DNA from: Capsulimonadaceae bacterium
GTDB lineage: Bacteria; Armatimonadota; Armatimonadia; Armatimonadales; Capsulimonadaceae
DNA: 64,000 nt
Reading direction: 5' to 3'
Assembly (NCBI GenBank): GCA_965215505.1
Contig: OZ244065.1
Location: 3,424,001 to 3,488,000 of the forward strand
Every line of letters starts with the position of its first letter. The first letter of the stretch is position 1. The translations under genes were made by a program, and so were the position numbers. This document shows, piece after piece, positions 29,609 through 39,064 of the stretch. The notes below the pieces were generated by a model. The model saw only the letters and a program-made list of their open reading frames with translations, was not told the origin of the DNA and did not search any database.

Positions 29609-29965
29609 GTGAACCGAACGCGGACAACCTGGCTGACGCGGGCACTCAGAAGGACGGCGCTGCTCCTGGCGCTGATCTGCCTGGGGGTCAGCGGCGGCAC
29701 GACACTCGTCCACACGGAAGACCTCGGCCCCCTGCGGACGTTCCAGGCGGGCCACACCGTTCTGGCACACGCCTCCCCGGTCGGCTCCGGCGACTCCTGC
29801 CTGGCCTGCCAGTGGGAGGCTTCGGCCTACAACCCGCAGATCCCCACCGTCCCCGCCGTCCGCCCGCGATGCGTCCTGATGCCGCTCCCGGCCACGCTCT
29901 CCGCCTCCGTCGCCCCGCCACCGTTCGTTCACACGTCCCCCCGCGCGCCCCCGCGCCTCTCCTGA
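29609..29965 (+). CDS. DUF2946/CruR-like leader protein
   Basis: N-terminal TM, His residues, CLAC, Pro-rich linker, C-terminal SPRAPP; upstream of a TonB receptor. Confidence 0.78.
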   Translation: MNRTRTTWLTRALRRTALLLALICLGVSGGTTLVHTEDLGPLRTFQAGHTVLAHASPVGSGDSCLACQWEASAYNPQIPTVPAVRPRCVLMPLPATLSASVAPPPFVHTSPRAPPRLS

Positions 29966-30033
29966 CTCGTCCCGACCCGCTTTGCGGGCCTTGTTCCGAG
30001 TCTCATCTCATCACACGACCCTGTTTGGGGCCG

Positions 30034-30122
30034 AAAAAAAGGCGCGGAGGTGCTGGTAACACCCCCACGCCCGGCGAGCGCGATCCCGTCACGAGTGACT
30101 TTCTGAGTCACGCCCAGTGCCA
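30034..30122 (-). ncRNA. Predicted antisense small RNA, about 90 nt
   Basis: Minus-strand TAGACG-17bp-TACAAT with TG (30157-30129); 14-bp terminator stem with G-U pairs only on the minus strand, followed by U7. Confidence 0.55.
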
Positions 30123-30194
30123 ACGGTGATTGTATCACGTCTTCGTCCTTTCGTCTACCCCACACGCCCTACCCGGAAGCACCCGTTCCCCTGC

Positions 30195-30306
30195 GGGCGG
30201 TTGAAACCGCGGCAACAAAGGCACGAAGTCGCCCTTCGGCGACTCAGACCATTCTGAACCTGCGAAGGCAGGTTTCGTGAACTCGTTGCCGCGACTTCAG
30301 TCGCCC
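30195..30306. repeat. REPIN-like family D
   Basis: GCGGTTGAAACCGC, AGTCGCCCTTCGGCGACT, AACCTGCGAAGGCAGGTT, GCGACTTCAGTCGC. Confidence 0.75.
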
Positions 30307-30361
30307 GAAAGGTGCCTGGCGCTTCCGGGAACTCCCCCAGACACTGGAGAAGAACCATATC

Positions 30362-32980
30362 ATGATCACCCACGCACGCCCCCGGCGGCGCACGGCGGGC
30401 TGCCTACTGGCCGCCGCCTCCCTCTGCCTCCTCGCGGCACCCGCCGCCCGCGCCGACGTCTTCGGACGCCTCCGCGTCGTCGCCCGTGACTCGGCCGGCA
30501 GGCCGCTCCCCGGCGCGACCGTCGTCTTCCACGACCCCGCCGGCGTCCGCCCGGACCTGTCGGTCACGGCGGACGCGCAGGGCGTCGCCCTCAGCCCGCC
30601 CCTGGAGATCCGCGCCTGGCAGGTGACGACCCAGGCCCCCGGCTTCGAGGCCGACACGCGCCTGGTCGCCGTCATCGCCGACACCAGCACGGACGTCGGC
30701 GAGGGCCTGACCCGCCGCATCATCAATACGGGCACCACCAGCATCATCGGGACCAACGCGCCCAACAGGAACCAGACCGCCGTCGTCAACCGCATCGACC
30801 AGAGCCGCCTGAAGTTCGGCTCCACCGTCGGCAACCCGCAGAGCCTGCGGAACCTGCTCATCACCAACCCCGGCTTCGTCCAGGACTCCGTCAACCAGGC
30901 CCACCCGCGCGGCGAACACTCCGCCACCTCCATCTACCTCAACGGCTTCAAGCTGCCCAGCGCCTTCCAGGGGCGGGCCGGCCAGGTGCTGGTGCCCGAA
31001 ACCATCCAGAGCGTGGACGTGCAGACCGGCGGCTACGCCCCCGAGTACGGCGGCGAGACGGCCGCCGCCCTGAACGTCAACCTGCGGGCGGGCACCATCA
31101 CCCCCTTCCAGTCGCTGTCGGTGGACGGCGGATCGTATTCTACCTACGACCAGTCGCTCTCCTTCGGCGGGCAGGGGGGGGCGCCCCTTGTCGCCGACCC
31201 GTCCGGCACCGGCCCGGTGGCGCGGAAGTTCGGCTACTTCGTCAACGTCAGTGGGCGCAGCACCACGAACGCCCTGGAGCCGCCCCAGCCGGACAACCAG
31301 GACGCCCACAACGGAGGCAAATCGCAGTCATTCTTCGGCAACTTCGGCTACGCCCTGAGTAACAACGACCAGTTCACCCTGAGCCTCGAAGACGCCCCCG
31401 CCCAGACCCAGATCGCCAACCGGACCGGCCTGCCGGGCAAGTACGCCTCGGTCGGCCAGGGCTACGGCTTCGGCGGCGCGCGCAACCCCGACGGCAGCAT
31501 CGGCGCAGGCGTCACGCCCAATGCCGACGGCACGACGCCCCTGGGCGGCGACCCGCTCGTCCTCGCGAGCCAGCAGGACGCCGGTCAGGACATCACCCAG
31601 AACGACGAGAACCAGTTCAGCGTCCTCAACTACCGCCACAACTTCAGCGGCGGCCTGACGGGCTTGGTTTCCTACGGCGCGACCCGCTCGCGCCTGGACA
31701 TCCGCAACAAGAACCGCGTCACGCCGGACCTCGCCGCCCTGCCGATAGACAGCTCGGTCGAGTTCAGCCCGAACATCCTGAAGCGGTCCAGCGACTCCCA
31801 GGTCGCCGCCAGCCTGACGCAGTCGGCGGGCGTCCACACCTACAAGGGCGGCTTCCTCGTGGACGCGCAGAGCGGCGACGAGTCCTACCTGCTCCAGCCC
31901 GGCAGCCAGTTCGCACTCGACGCCCTGTACGCCAACGACCCCGACCTCGCCCCCGCCGGCACGGCCCAGACGGACGCCGGCGGCAGCCCGGTCGTGGACG
32001 CGCTGGGCCAGCAGGTCTACACGGCCAATCCCGGCGCGGTCACGCCGAACGTCCCCGTCCACCGCTCCGGCTATTATGACGCCTTCTACGCCCAGGACAC
32101 CTGGCGCGCGACCTCGCGGTTCACCGTCAACTACGGCCTGCGCTACGACCTCTACAAGCAGGAGGAGAGGATTTTTGACAGCACGCAGACCGTCAAGAAG
32201 AACTTCCTGTCGCCGCGCCTGAATGCCTCCTACGCGCTGACGCCGATCACCGTCTTCCGGGCCTCCTACAACAAGCTGTTCCTCCAGCCCCCGCTCGCCC
32301 AGGGGTCGGTGGTCGGCGCACCCATCCTGCCCGAAACCTATGACGACTACAACGCCAGCATCGAGCGCCAGGTCGCGCGGGGCCAGACCGTCAAGCTGGC
32401 CTACTACTACAAGAACATGCGGAACCAGATCGACACCAACCTGCTGATCCCCGGCACCCAGATCGGCGTCTTCACCTCGGTCAACTTCGAGAAGGGCAGC
32501 GCGCACGGCACCGAGCTGTCTTACGCCCTCGCCCCGCGCGGCGGGGTGGGGTTGGGCGCGTACCTCGCCTACGCCAACAGCGTGGACAAGCCGGAAGGCT
32601 TGCAGAACACGGGGGCAGCCGTGCCGCCCTACAACGACCACGACACCCTGAACTCGCTCAGCGTGGGCTTCGATTACACGCTCAAGGGGGGCGCGTTTGG
32701 GGGGCTGAACGTCTACCACAGCAGCGGCACGCAGTCCAGCATCATCGGGAATTACTACCCCTTGACCTCGTCGGCCGTGCTGGACGGCGGGCACCGGCAG
32801 GCGCACACCGAGGTCAACCTGCGCTTGGGCGGCCCGCGCCTTGCGGGGGCGGGCGGCCTGGAGCTTGACGTGCAGAACCTGTTCGACAGCCACAGCCCGT
32901 TCAACTTCAACTCGGGCTTCAGCGGCACCCGCTTCGAGCAGGGGCGGCGCGTCCTGCTGACCTTGACCGGCGGCTTTTAG
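30362..32980 (+). CDS. TonB-dependent receptor with N-terminal carboxypeptidase-regulatory-like domain
   Basis: Signal peptide, plug TGGYAPEYG, FYAQDTW, YGLRYD, LSPRL, QNLFD, terminal Phe. Confidence 0.92.
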   Translation: MITHARPRRRTAGCLLAAASLCLLAAPAARADVFGRLRVVARDSAGRPLPGATVVFHDPAGVRPDLSVTADAQGVALSPPLEIRAWQVTTQAPGFEADTRLVAVIADTSTDVGEGLTRRIINTGTTSIIGTNAPNRNQTAVVNRIDQSRLKFGSTVGNPQSLRNLLITNPGFVQDSVNQAHPRGEHSATSIYLNGFKLPSAFQGRAGQVLVPETIQSVDVQTGGYAPEYGGETAAALNVNLRAGTITPFQSLSVDGGSYSTYDQSLSFGGQGGAPLVADPSGTGPVARKFGYFVNVSGRSTTNALEPPQPDNQDAHNGGKSQSFFGNFGYALSNNDQFTLSLEDAPAQTQIANRTGLPGKYASVGQGYGFGGARNPDGSIGAGVTPNADGTTPLGGDPLVLASQQDAGQDITQNDENQFSVLNYRHNFSGGLTGLVSYGATRSRLDIRNKNRVTPDLAALPIDSSVEFSPNILKRSSDSQVAASLTQSAGVHTYKGGFLVDAQSGDESYLLQPGSQFALDALYANDPDLAPAGTAQTDAGGSPVVDALGQQVYTANPGAVTPNVPVHRSGYYDAFYAQDTWRATSRFTVNYGLRYDLYKQEERIFDSTQTVKKNFLSPRLNASYALTPITVFRASYNKLFLQPPLAQGSVVGAPILPETYDDYNASIERQVARGQTVKLAYYYKNMRNQIDTNLLIPGTQIGVFTSVNFEKGSAHGTELSYALAPRGGVGLGAYLAYANSVDKPEGLQNTGAAVPPYNDHDTLNSLSVGFDYTLKGGAFGGLNVYHSSGTQSSIIGNYYPLTSSAVLDGGHRQAHTEVNLRLGGPRLAGAGGLELDVQNLFDSHSPFNFNSGFSGTRFEQGRRVLLTLTGGF

Positions 32981-33123
32981 GAGACTAAAAGCCGCCGGCC
33001 CAAGACGGCTGGCCGCGGACAGGGCGGCCATCCGGCGTCGGGGACCTCTCCCTCCCGCGCTCCCCTTTCAAGCGGGGGAGGGCGGGGTCCCCGGCGATCC
33101 ATCAAGAGAAAGACTTAATAACC

Positions 33124-33453
33124 ATGACGACCATTCGGTTCTCTAGCACTCGGCTTCTTATCGTGACGGCCTCCGCCGTCCTGCTCGCCCTGCTGGGGGC
33201 GACTGCCGTTCAGTCCGCCCCGGCCCACTCGGCGGCGGCGCGGCGCGACCGCACGTTCCACCGCTCGGACCGCCGGTTCCATTCCGCCGACCTCCGGTTC
33301 CACGCCGCCGACCGCGCCTTCCACCGGGCGGGGCATCACACGCCCAGCGGCCTCCGGCTGGACCGGGCGGCCCATGCCCTGGACCGGGCGGCGCACGCCT
33401 CCGACCGGGCGGCCCACGCCTCGGACCGCGCCTATCACGCGCACTCGCGGTAG
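33124..33453 (+). CDS. Small secreted His-heptad repeat protein
   Basis: Signal peptide then eight x-x-D-R/L-x-F/A/Y-H heptads. Confidence 0.75.
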   Translation: MTTIRFSSTRLLIVTASAVLLALLGATAVQSAPAHSAAARRDRTFHRSDRRFHSADLRFHAADRAFHRAGHHTPSGLRLDRAAHALDRAAHASDRAAHASDRAYHAHSR

Positions 33454-33506
33454 GCGAGAGGGCCGCCGGCGCACAGCGTCGGCGGCCCCTCGGGAAAGGA
33501 CCCACC

Positions 33507-34655
33507 ATGTCAACGCGACTCCCGGCCCGCCGCCTTTTTCTGCTCCTCCTGGCGCTCTGCGCCTGCCTCCGGCCCGCGCCAGCCCAGGCCCACCCGCTCC
33601 AGGTCGAGCCGGTCATCATCACGATCCACCCGCAGCAGACGTTCCTCTCGGCCATCATCACCGGCAACATCCAGGACATCACCGTCGGCTGCGACATCAC
33701 GCCCGCCGAGCGGCAGGGCGACGCCTTCACCAAGCCGGCCGAGCAGCGCGTCGAGAAGTACATCAACGGCCACTTCACGATGGCGCTGGATGGCGTCCCG
33801 CTGGCGGGGAAGCTGACCGAGTTCAGCTACCAGGCCCAGATGGACCCGACCAAGTCTCGGTATCATCTGTCCCTGCGCTACGACAAGCCCGCGCAGGCCC
33901 AAAGCGCCGCGCAGGCCAAAGGCAAAGGCGTCCTGACGCTGACCTCGACCTTGTTCGACTATCTGCCAAACTCCAAAGCGATCATCTCCATCAACGGCAT
34001 CCAGAAGACGCTCATGCACGGCGAGGCCACCACCATCGACCCGTCCGCCCTGACCGTCAACCTGCTGCACAACCTCCTCGACTTCTGCCTCCTGGGCATC
34101 AACCACATCTTCACCGGCCCCGACCACATGCTGTTCATCGTCGGCCTCCTGATGGTGTCGTCCTCGCTGCACGGCCTGATCAAGACCTTGACGGGGTTTA
34201 CCATCGCCCACTCGGTCACGCTGGCCCTGTCCGCCCTGTCCATCGTCGTCATCCCGAACCGCATCTGCGACATCTTCATCGCCCTGTCCATCATCTACGT
34301 CGGCGTCGAGAACCTGTTCTACGGGACGCCGCGCGGCGTCAACATCGCGCGGCACCGCTTCTGGATCGCCTCGTCGTTCGGCCTGATCCACGGGTTCGGC
34401 TTCTCGGACACTTTGCGCGAAGTCGGCCTGCCGCAGCAGGGCCTGGCCTGGTGCCTGCTGTCGTTCAACGCGGGCGTCGAGATCGCCCAGGTCATCATCT
34501 GCTGCGGCGTTTTCCCCCTCCTGATGCTGTGGCGCAGGGACGTGGAGAGGCGGGCCAAGTACGGCGGCCTGGGCTGGCCGACCATGATCCGCCTGGCCTC
34601 CGCCTGGGTGGTCTTCGCGGGCGGCTACTGGCTGGTCCAGCGGACGATAGGGTAA
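33507..34655 (+). CDS. HupE/UreJ family protein
   Basis: AQAHP signal end; HIFTGPDHMLF, FTIAHSVTL, FGLIHGFGF and SFNAGVE motifs. Confidence 0.92.
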   Translation: MSTRLPARRLFLLLLALCACLRPAPAQAHPLQVEPVIITIHPQQTFLSAIITGNIQDITVGCDITPAERQGDAFTKPAEQRVEKYINGHFTMALDGVPLAGKLTEFSYQAQMDPTKSRYHLSLRYDKPAQAQSAAQAKGKGVLTLTSTLFDYLPNSKAIISINGIQKTLMHGEATTIDPSALTVNLLHNLLDFCLLGINHIFTGPDHMLFIVGLLMVSSSLHGLIKTLTGFTIAHSVTLALSALSIVVIPNRICDIFIALSIIYVGVENLFYGTPRGVNIARHRFWIASSFGLIHGFGFSDTLREVGLPQQGLAWCLLSFNAGVEIAQVIICCGVFPLLMLWRRDVERRAKYGGLGWPTMIRLASAWVVFAGGYWLVQRTIG

Positions 34656-34689
34656 CGGGTAAAATAACGGAGAGGATGACGGAGGGGCC

Positions 34690-35058
34690 GTGGAAACATT
34701 CGGGACCCGCCTGCGCGCGCTGCGCCTCGCCGCCGGCCTGAGCCTCCACAAGTTCTGCCGGCGGGCGGGCCTTGACGCGGGCAACTACAGCCGCATCGAG
34801 CGCGGCCTGGTCCGCCCGCCGCAGGACCACGCGAAGCTGGAGCCGGTCCGGGGGGTGCTGGGGCTTGCGCCTGAGGGCGACGACTGGAAGTACCTGCTGC
34901 TGCTGGCCGACCTTGAATGGGACGCCCTCCCGCGCCGCCTGCTGGCGGACGCGCGGGTCCGTCCGCTCCTGCCCGCTCTGCTCCAGGACACGGCCGGGGG
35001 GCGGCTGACGGAGCCTCAGTTGGAGTCGCTGGTGGCCTTGACTCTGAGCGACCGGTGA
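34690..35058 (+). CDS. XRE-family HTH regulator
   Basis: FGTRLRALRLAAGLSL...NYSRIERG. Confidence 0.85.
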   Translation: METFGTRLRALRLAAGLSLHKFCRRAGLDAGNYSRIERGLVRPPQDHAKLEPVRGVLGLAPEGDDWKYLLLLADLEWDALPRRLLADARVRPLLPALLQDTAGGRLTEPQLESLVALTLSDR

Positions 35059-35147
35059 AGCGCCCGCGTGTCGGCGCTTGCGTTCCGTCGCCCTTTTTGG
35101 TATCATAGAAGGCGCGCACTGCCGCGAAAGGAAAAGAGAACTCTTCC

Positions 35148-35948
35148 ATGCATACCACCTGGCTCATCGCCAACGGCACGTTCGGCGAGGCGATCCGCCG
35201 CCGCACGCTGCTCATCTTCCTGCTCGTCGCCGCCTTCGTCATCGTCGCCGGGGCGCTCAACGCCTCCTTCCAGCCCGGCCGGGACACCGTGGTCGTCAAG
35301 ACCGTGGGCCTGGGCGTCATCCTGCTGACCGGCGTCTTCATCTCGGTCATCCTGGGGATCAACCTGCTGCCCACCGAGATCGAGCGGCGGACCGTCTACA
35401 CGATCCTCTCCAAGCCCGTCCACCGCTACCAGTTCGTCTGCGGCAAGTTTTTGGGCGGCCTGATGACCGTGCTGGCGAGCGTCGCCGTCATGTCCTTCGT
35501 CTTCCTGCTGCTGATGGTGGTCAAGGAGCGCGGCTTCAGCCACGAGGTGGCGGATGTCTGCAAGGGCCTGCTGCTGATCGTGTTCGCCATCACCCTGGTC
35601 AACGCCGTCGCCATGTTCTTCTCGGTCTTCCTGTCGCCCTTCGTCAACTTCTTCCTGACCTTCGCCGTCTACCTGCTCGGCAGCGCCTCGTCGGTGACCG
35701 AGGCCCTGGCCGACCCGAGCAGCGACCCGGCCCACCCGAAGAACCCGGTCGTCCTGTTCGTCTTCAAGGTGATCCACGCGGTCATCCCGAACTTCGCCAA
35801 CTACAACGTCCAGAACCCGATCCTGGACCCGCGCCTCCGCATCACCAACGAGCCGTACTTCATCGGCTCCAACATCGGCATCGCCATCGTCTACACCCTG
35901 CTGCTGCTCACCGTCGCCGCCGTCATCTTCGAGCGGCGTGAGGTGTAG
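35148..35948 (+). CDS. ABC-2 type permease subunit
   Basis: EIERRTVYTILSKPVHRYQFVCGKFLG; C-terminal FERREV. Confidence 0.88.
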   Translation: MHTTWLIANGTFGEAIRRRTLLIFLLVAAFVIVAGALNASFQPGRDTVVVKTVGLGVILLTGVFISVILGINLLPTEIERRTVYTILSKPVHRYQFVCGKFLGGLMTVLASVAVMSFVFLLLMVVKERGFSHEVADVCKGLLLIVFAITLVNAVAMFFSVFLSPFVNFFLTFAVYLLGSASSVTEALADPSSDPAHPKNPVVLFVFKVIHAVIPNFANYNVQNPILDPRLRITNEPYFIGSNIGIAIVYTLLLLTVAAVIFERREV

Positions 35949-36074
35949 GCGAGCGGAACCTTCCCTTCCGTCCCCTTCCCCGTCCGAAGGACGCTTCTCT
36001 GCCGGGGCTTTCCACAGCCCCGGCCCCCCTGCTTCCAAATGAAGCCCCCGCGCCCTCCCCGCCTCTAACCAACC

Positions 36075-38168
36075 ATGAAAACACACCTTGCCGCGCCGCC
36101 CCCCGCCGCGCTCCTCGCCCTAGTTCTTTCTTCATTCGCCGCCTCCGCCTTCGCCCAGGCACCGACGCCCGCGCCAAGCCCCCTGCCCATCCGGCAGGTG
36201 ACGCTGTTCACGTCGGGCGTCTCCTACATCGAGCGCGGCGGCGCGGTGACCGGCGACGCCACCGTGCCGCTGACCTTCCGCACGGCCCAGATCAACGACA
36301 TCCTGAAGTCCCTGACCCTGCTCGACGCCGACGGCCAGGTGCAGCCCGTCGTCTACGGCGCGCGGGACCCCATCGGGCGAACACTCCAGGCGTTCGCCAT
36401 TGATGTCACCCAGCCGCAGAGCCGGGCCGAGCTGCTGAACCACCTGCGCGGGGCTGACGTCACCGTGACGACCGCCAGGGGGCCGCTGACAGGCCAGGTG
36501 GTGAGCGTCGAGACCAAAAGCGTCACCGGCCCGACCGGCACCACGACGACCGAGACGCTGAACCTGCTCGGCGCGGACGGACTGCAATCGGTCCGGCTGG
36601 ACGACGTTTCCGCCATCAGGCTGCGCGACGCCCGGCTGGACCGCGAGCTGCGCGAGGCCCTGACGACATTAGCCTCGGGCACGGACGACCAGCACCGGTC
36701 GGTGACGCTGCGCTTTTCGGGGCCGGGGCGGCGGGACGTGCGCGTCGGCTACATCGCCGAAGCGCCGCTGTGGCGGATCTCCTACCGGCTGATCCTCGGC
36801 CCCAAGCCGTACCTCCAGGGGTGGGCCTTGGTGGAGAACACGACCGACGAGGACTGGAACGGCATCCGGTTGGGGCTGGTTTCGGGCCGCCCGGTCTCAT
36901 TCATCCAGGACCTCTACCAGCCCCTCTATCTGCCGCGCCCGGTCGTCCAGCCGGACATCGTCGCCTCGCCCACGCCGCAGACGCACGACGGCAGCCTGAC
37001 GGCGGACGCCCTGCCGACAAACGCCCCCCCCGACGCGCCCGCCCCACCGCCGGCGATGCCCATGGTTGGCAGCGTGGTGGACGAGCAGCGGCGCGCGAAG
37101 GTTTCAGGGTCGGTGGGCGCTCTCGGGGCCATCCCCCAGGTCCCCGCCCCGCGCTTCGACGCGAACGCCGCCGCCCGGTCCGTCACCGCCCAGGCGCAGG
37201 GCGCGAATGCCGGGGAGCTGTTCGCCTACAACATCACGACGCCCGTCACCCTGCCGCGCCAGCAGGCGGCCATGATCCCGGTCATCGCCCAGGGCATCAC
37301 GGCGGACAAAGTCTCGCTCTACAACGCCGACACCGACCCGCGCTACCCGCTCAACGCCGTGCGCCTCAAAAACACCACGCGCCTGCACCTGAAGGGCGGC
37401 CCCGTCACCCTCTTCGACGGCGACACCTATGCGGGCGACGCCCTCGTTGAAGACGTCCCCCCCGGCGACTCGCGCCTGATCTCCTATGCCGTAGACCAGT
37501 CCATCGTCGGCGAGCGTCAGGACACCGTCCAGAACCAGACGCTCACGACCATCGCAGTCCATACGGGCATCCTGACCGTCACCGTCCGCCAGCGGTCCGT
37601 GACCAACTACAACTTCAAGAGCCGGTCCGACCAGTCCAAGACGGTCCTGGTGGAACACCCCTTCGACGCCCAGGCCGTCCTGGTCAAGCCGGCCACGGCG
37701 GCCGAGCGGACGGCGACCGTCTACCGCTTCGCCGTGCCGGTCCCCGCCGGCAGGACGGCCACGCTGCAAGTCGTCACCGAGACGCCCGTCGCGTCCACGG
37801 TCGGCCTGTTCGACGGCGACCTGGACCAGATCGCCGTCTACGCCGACCAGGCCGACATCCCCGCCGCCACCCGGACGGCCCTGGCCCGGATCGTCACCGA
37901 GCGCCGCCATGTGCAGAACCTCTCCGGCCAGGCCGCCGCCGCCGACGCCCGCGTCGCCGGGTTCGGCCGGGAGCAGGACCGCATCCGCCGCAACATGGCC
38001 GCCCTGGACCGCACCTCGGCCCTCTACAAGCGCTACGTCGCCGAACTCGACGCCCAGGAGACGCAGATTGACGCCCTGCGGTCTAGCGCCCAGCGCCTCC
38101 GCACCGAGGCGGACGCCGCCCGGACAGCCCTGCGCGCCGAGGCGGACGGGCTGGAGATCGGGGGATGA
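36075..38168 (+). CDS. DUF4139-like secreted protein
   Basis: VTLFTSGV, DILKSLT, PLWRISYR and WALVENTTDEDW motifs; coiled-coil C-terminus. Confidence 0.8.
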   Translation: MKTHLAAPPPAALLALVLSSFAASAFAQAPTPAPSPLPIRQVTLFTSGVSYIERGGAVTGDATVPLTFRTAQINDILKSLTLLDADGQVQPVVYGARDPIGRTLQAFAIDVTQPQSRAELLNHLRGADVTVTTARGPLTGQVVSVETKSVTGPTGTTTTETLNLLGADGLQSVRLDDVSAIRLRDARLDRELREALTTLASGTDDQHRSVTLRFSGPGRRDVRVGYIAEAPLWRISYRLILGPKPYLQGWALVENTTDEDWNGIRLGLVSGRPVSFIQDLYQPLYLPRPVVQPDIVASPTPQTHDGSLTADALPTNAPPDAPAPPPAMPMVGSVVDEQRRAKVSGSVGALGAIPQVPAPRFDANAAARSVTAQAQGANAGELFAYNITTPVTLPRQQAAMIPVIAQGITADKVSLYNADTDPRYPLNAVRLKNTTRLHLKGGPVTLFDGDTYAGDALVEDVPPGDSRLISYAVDQSIVGERQDTVQNQTLTTIAVHTGILTVTVRQRSVTNYNFKSRSDQSKTVLVEHPFDAQAVLVKPATAAERTATVYRFAVPVPAGRTATLQVVTETPVASTVGLFDGDLDQIAVYADQADIPAATRTALARIVTERRHVQNLSGQAAAADARVAGFGREQDRIRRNMAALDRTSALYKRYVAELDAQETQIDALRSSAQRLRTEADAARTALRAEADGLEIGG

Positions 38169-38204
38169 TGGGGGTTAAGGGCGAGATGAAAGTCCGAGAT
38201 AAGA

Positions 38205-38335
38205 CGAGTGATTGAAATCACTCGCTCCGGTTAGGATTTGTCCAAGGGACAAGAGGAGGGACCCGGATGGGACCGGCGTGTCCCTCTTCTGTTCCCTGGA
38301 CAGGTCTGGCAGGAGCGAGTGATTTCAATCACTCG
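38205..38335. repeat. REPIN-like family A copy 5
   Basis: Four conserved palindromes, 32-bp spacer. Confidence 0.92.
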
Positions 38336-38373
38336 TCCGCGTCCGGCTCCCCGCGTCGTTGGGGACGGGGGCA

Positions 38374-39039
38374 TCATGCCCGCTCCCCAGGCCGCCGCAG
38401 CAGGTACAGGGCCGGGCCGAGCAGGGGCACGGCGAGGGCCGCCCGGCCTATCCCGTCCTCGGCGGGGACGCCGCGCCGGGCCATGTCGTCGCGCAGCAGG
38501 GCGGGGAAGAGGAGCGTCAGCACCAGCAGATCCACGGTCATCAGGTGGACGAAGGCGCTGCGGCGGAACCAGTAGACGTAGTCCGGCAGGCTGCCCGCGC
38601 CGAAGATGAGCGCCAGCAGGGCGGCCAGGACCAGCGCGGCGGACACGGCGAAAGGCCGCCCGCCGAACCAGCGGACGAGGAGGGAACGCGGGCCGGGGAG
38701 GGGGTCGGGGTAGGGGCGGCGCAGGATGAGGTACGGCAGCAGGGCGAATGACCCCAGCGCCATCATCCCAAGCGCGAAGGGCCACACCCACAGCCACGCC
38801 GGGCCGGGCCGCTGCCCGCGCCCGTCCGGCACCATCAAGGCCCAGTACATCAATGGGACGATGCCGAGGAGCTGGAAGACGCCCCAGACGGCCGGGTTCC
38901 GGGCGGGACCCCGGCCCATCGCCAGGCTCATGAAGGTGACGCCGGGCGGGTCGGAGTGCGGCGCGGCGAAGGCGGCATAGGCGATGTAGGCGGCCAGCAG
39001 GAGGGCGTACCCGAGGCGGCGCAGGAGATCAGGGGGCAT
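38374..39039 (-). CDS. Hypothetical membrane protein (DUF2834-like)
   Basis: Multi-TM; FALLPYLILRR, FVHLMTVD, DDMARRG and VPLLGPALYL motifs. Confidence 0.7.
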   Translation of the reverse strand: MPPDLLRRLGYALLLAAYIAYAAFAAPHSDPPGVTFMSLAMGRGPARNPAVWGVFQLLGIVPLMYWALMVPDGRGQRPGPAWLWVWPFALGMMALGSFALLPYLILRRPYPDPLPGPRSLLVRWFGGRPFAVSAALVLAALLALIFGAGSLPDYVYWFRRSAFVHLMTVDLLVLTLLFPALLRDDMARRGVPAEDGIGRAALAVPLLGPALYLLRRPGERA

Positions 39040-39064
39040 GATCGTAAGTGTACCCCAGCCGCAA

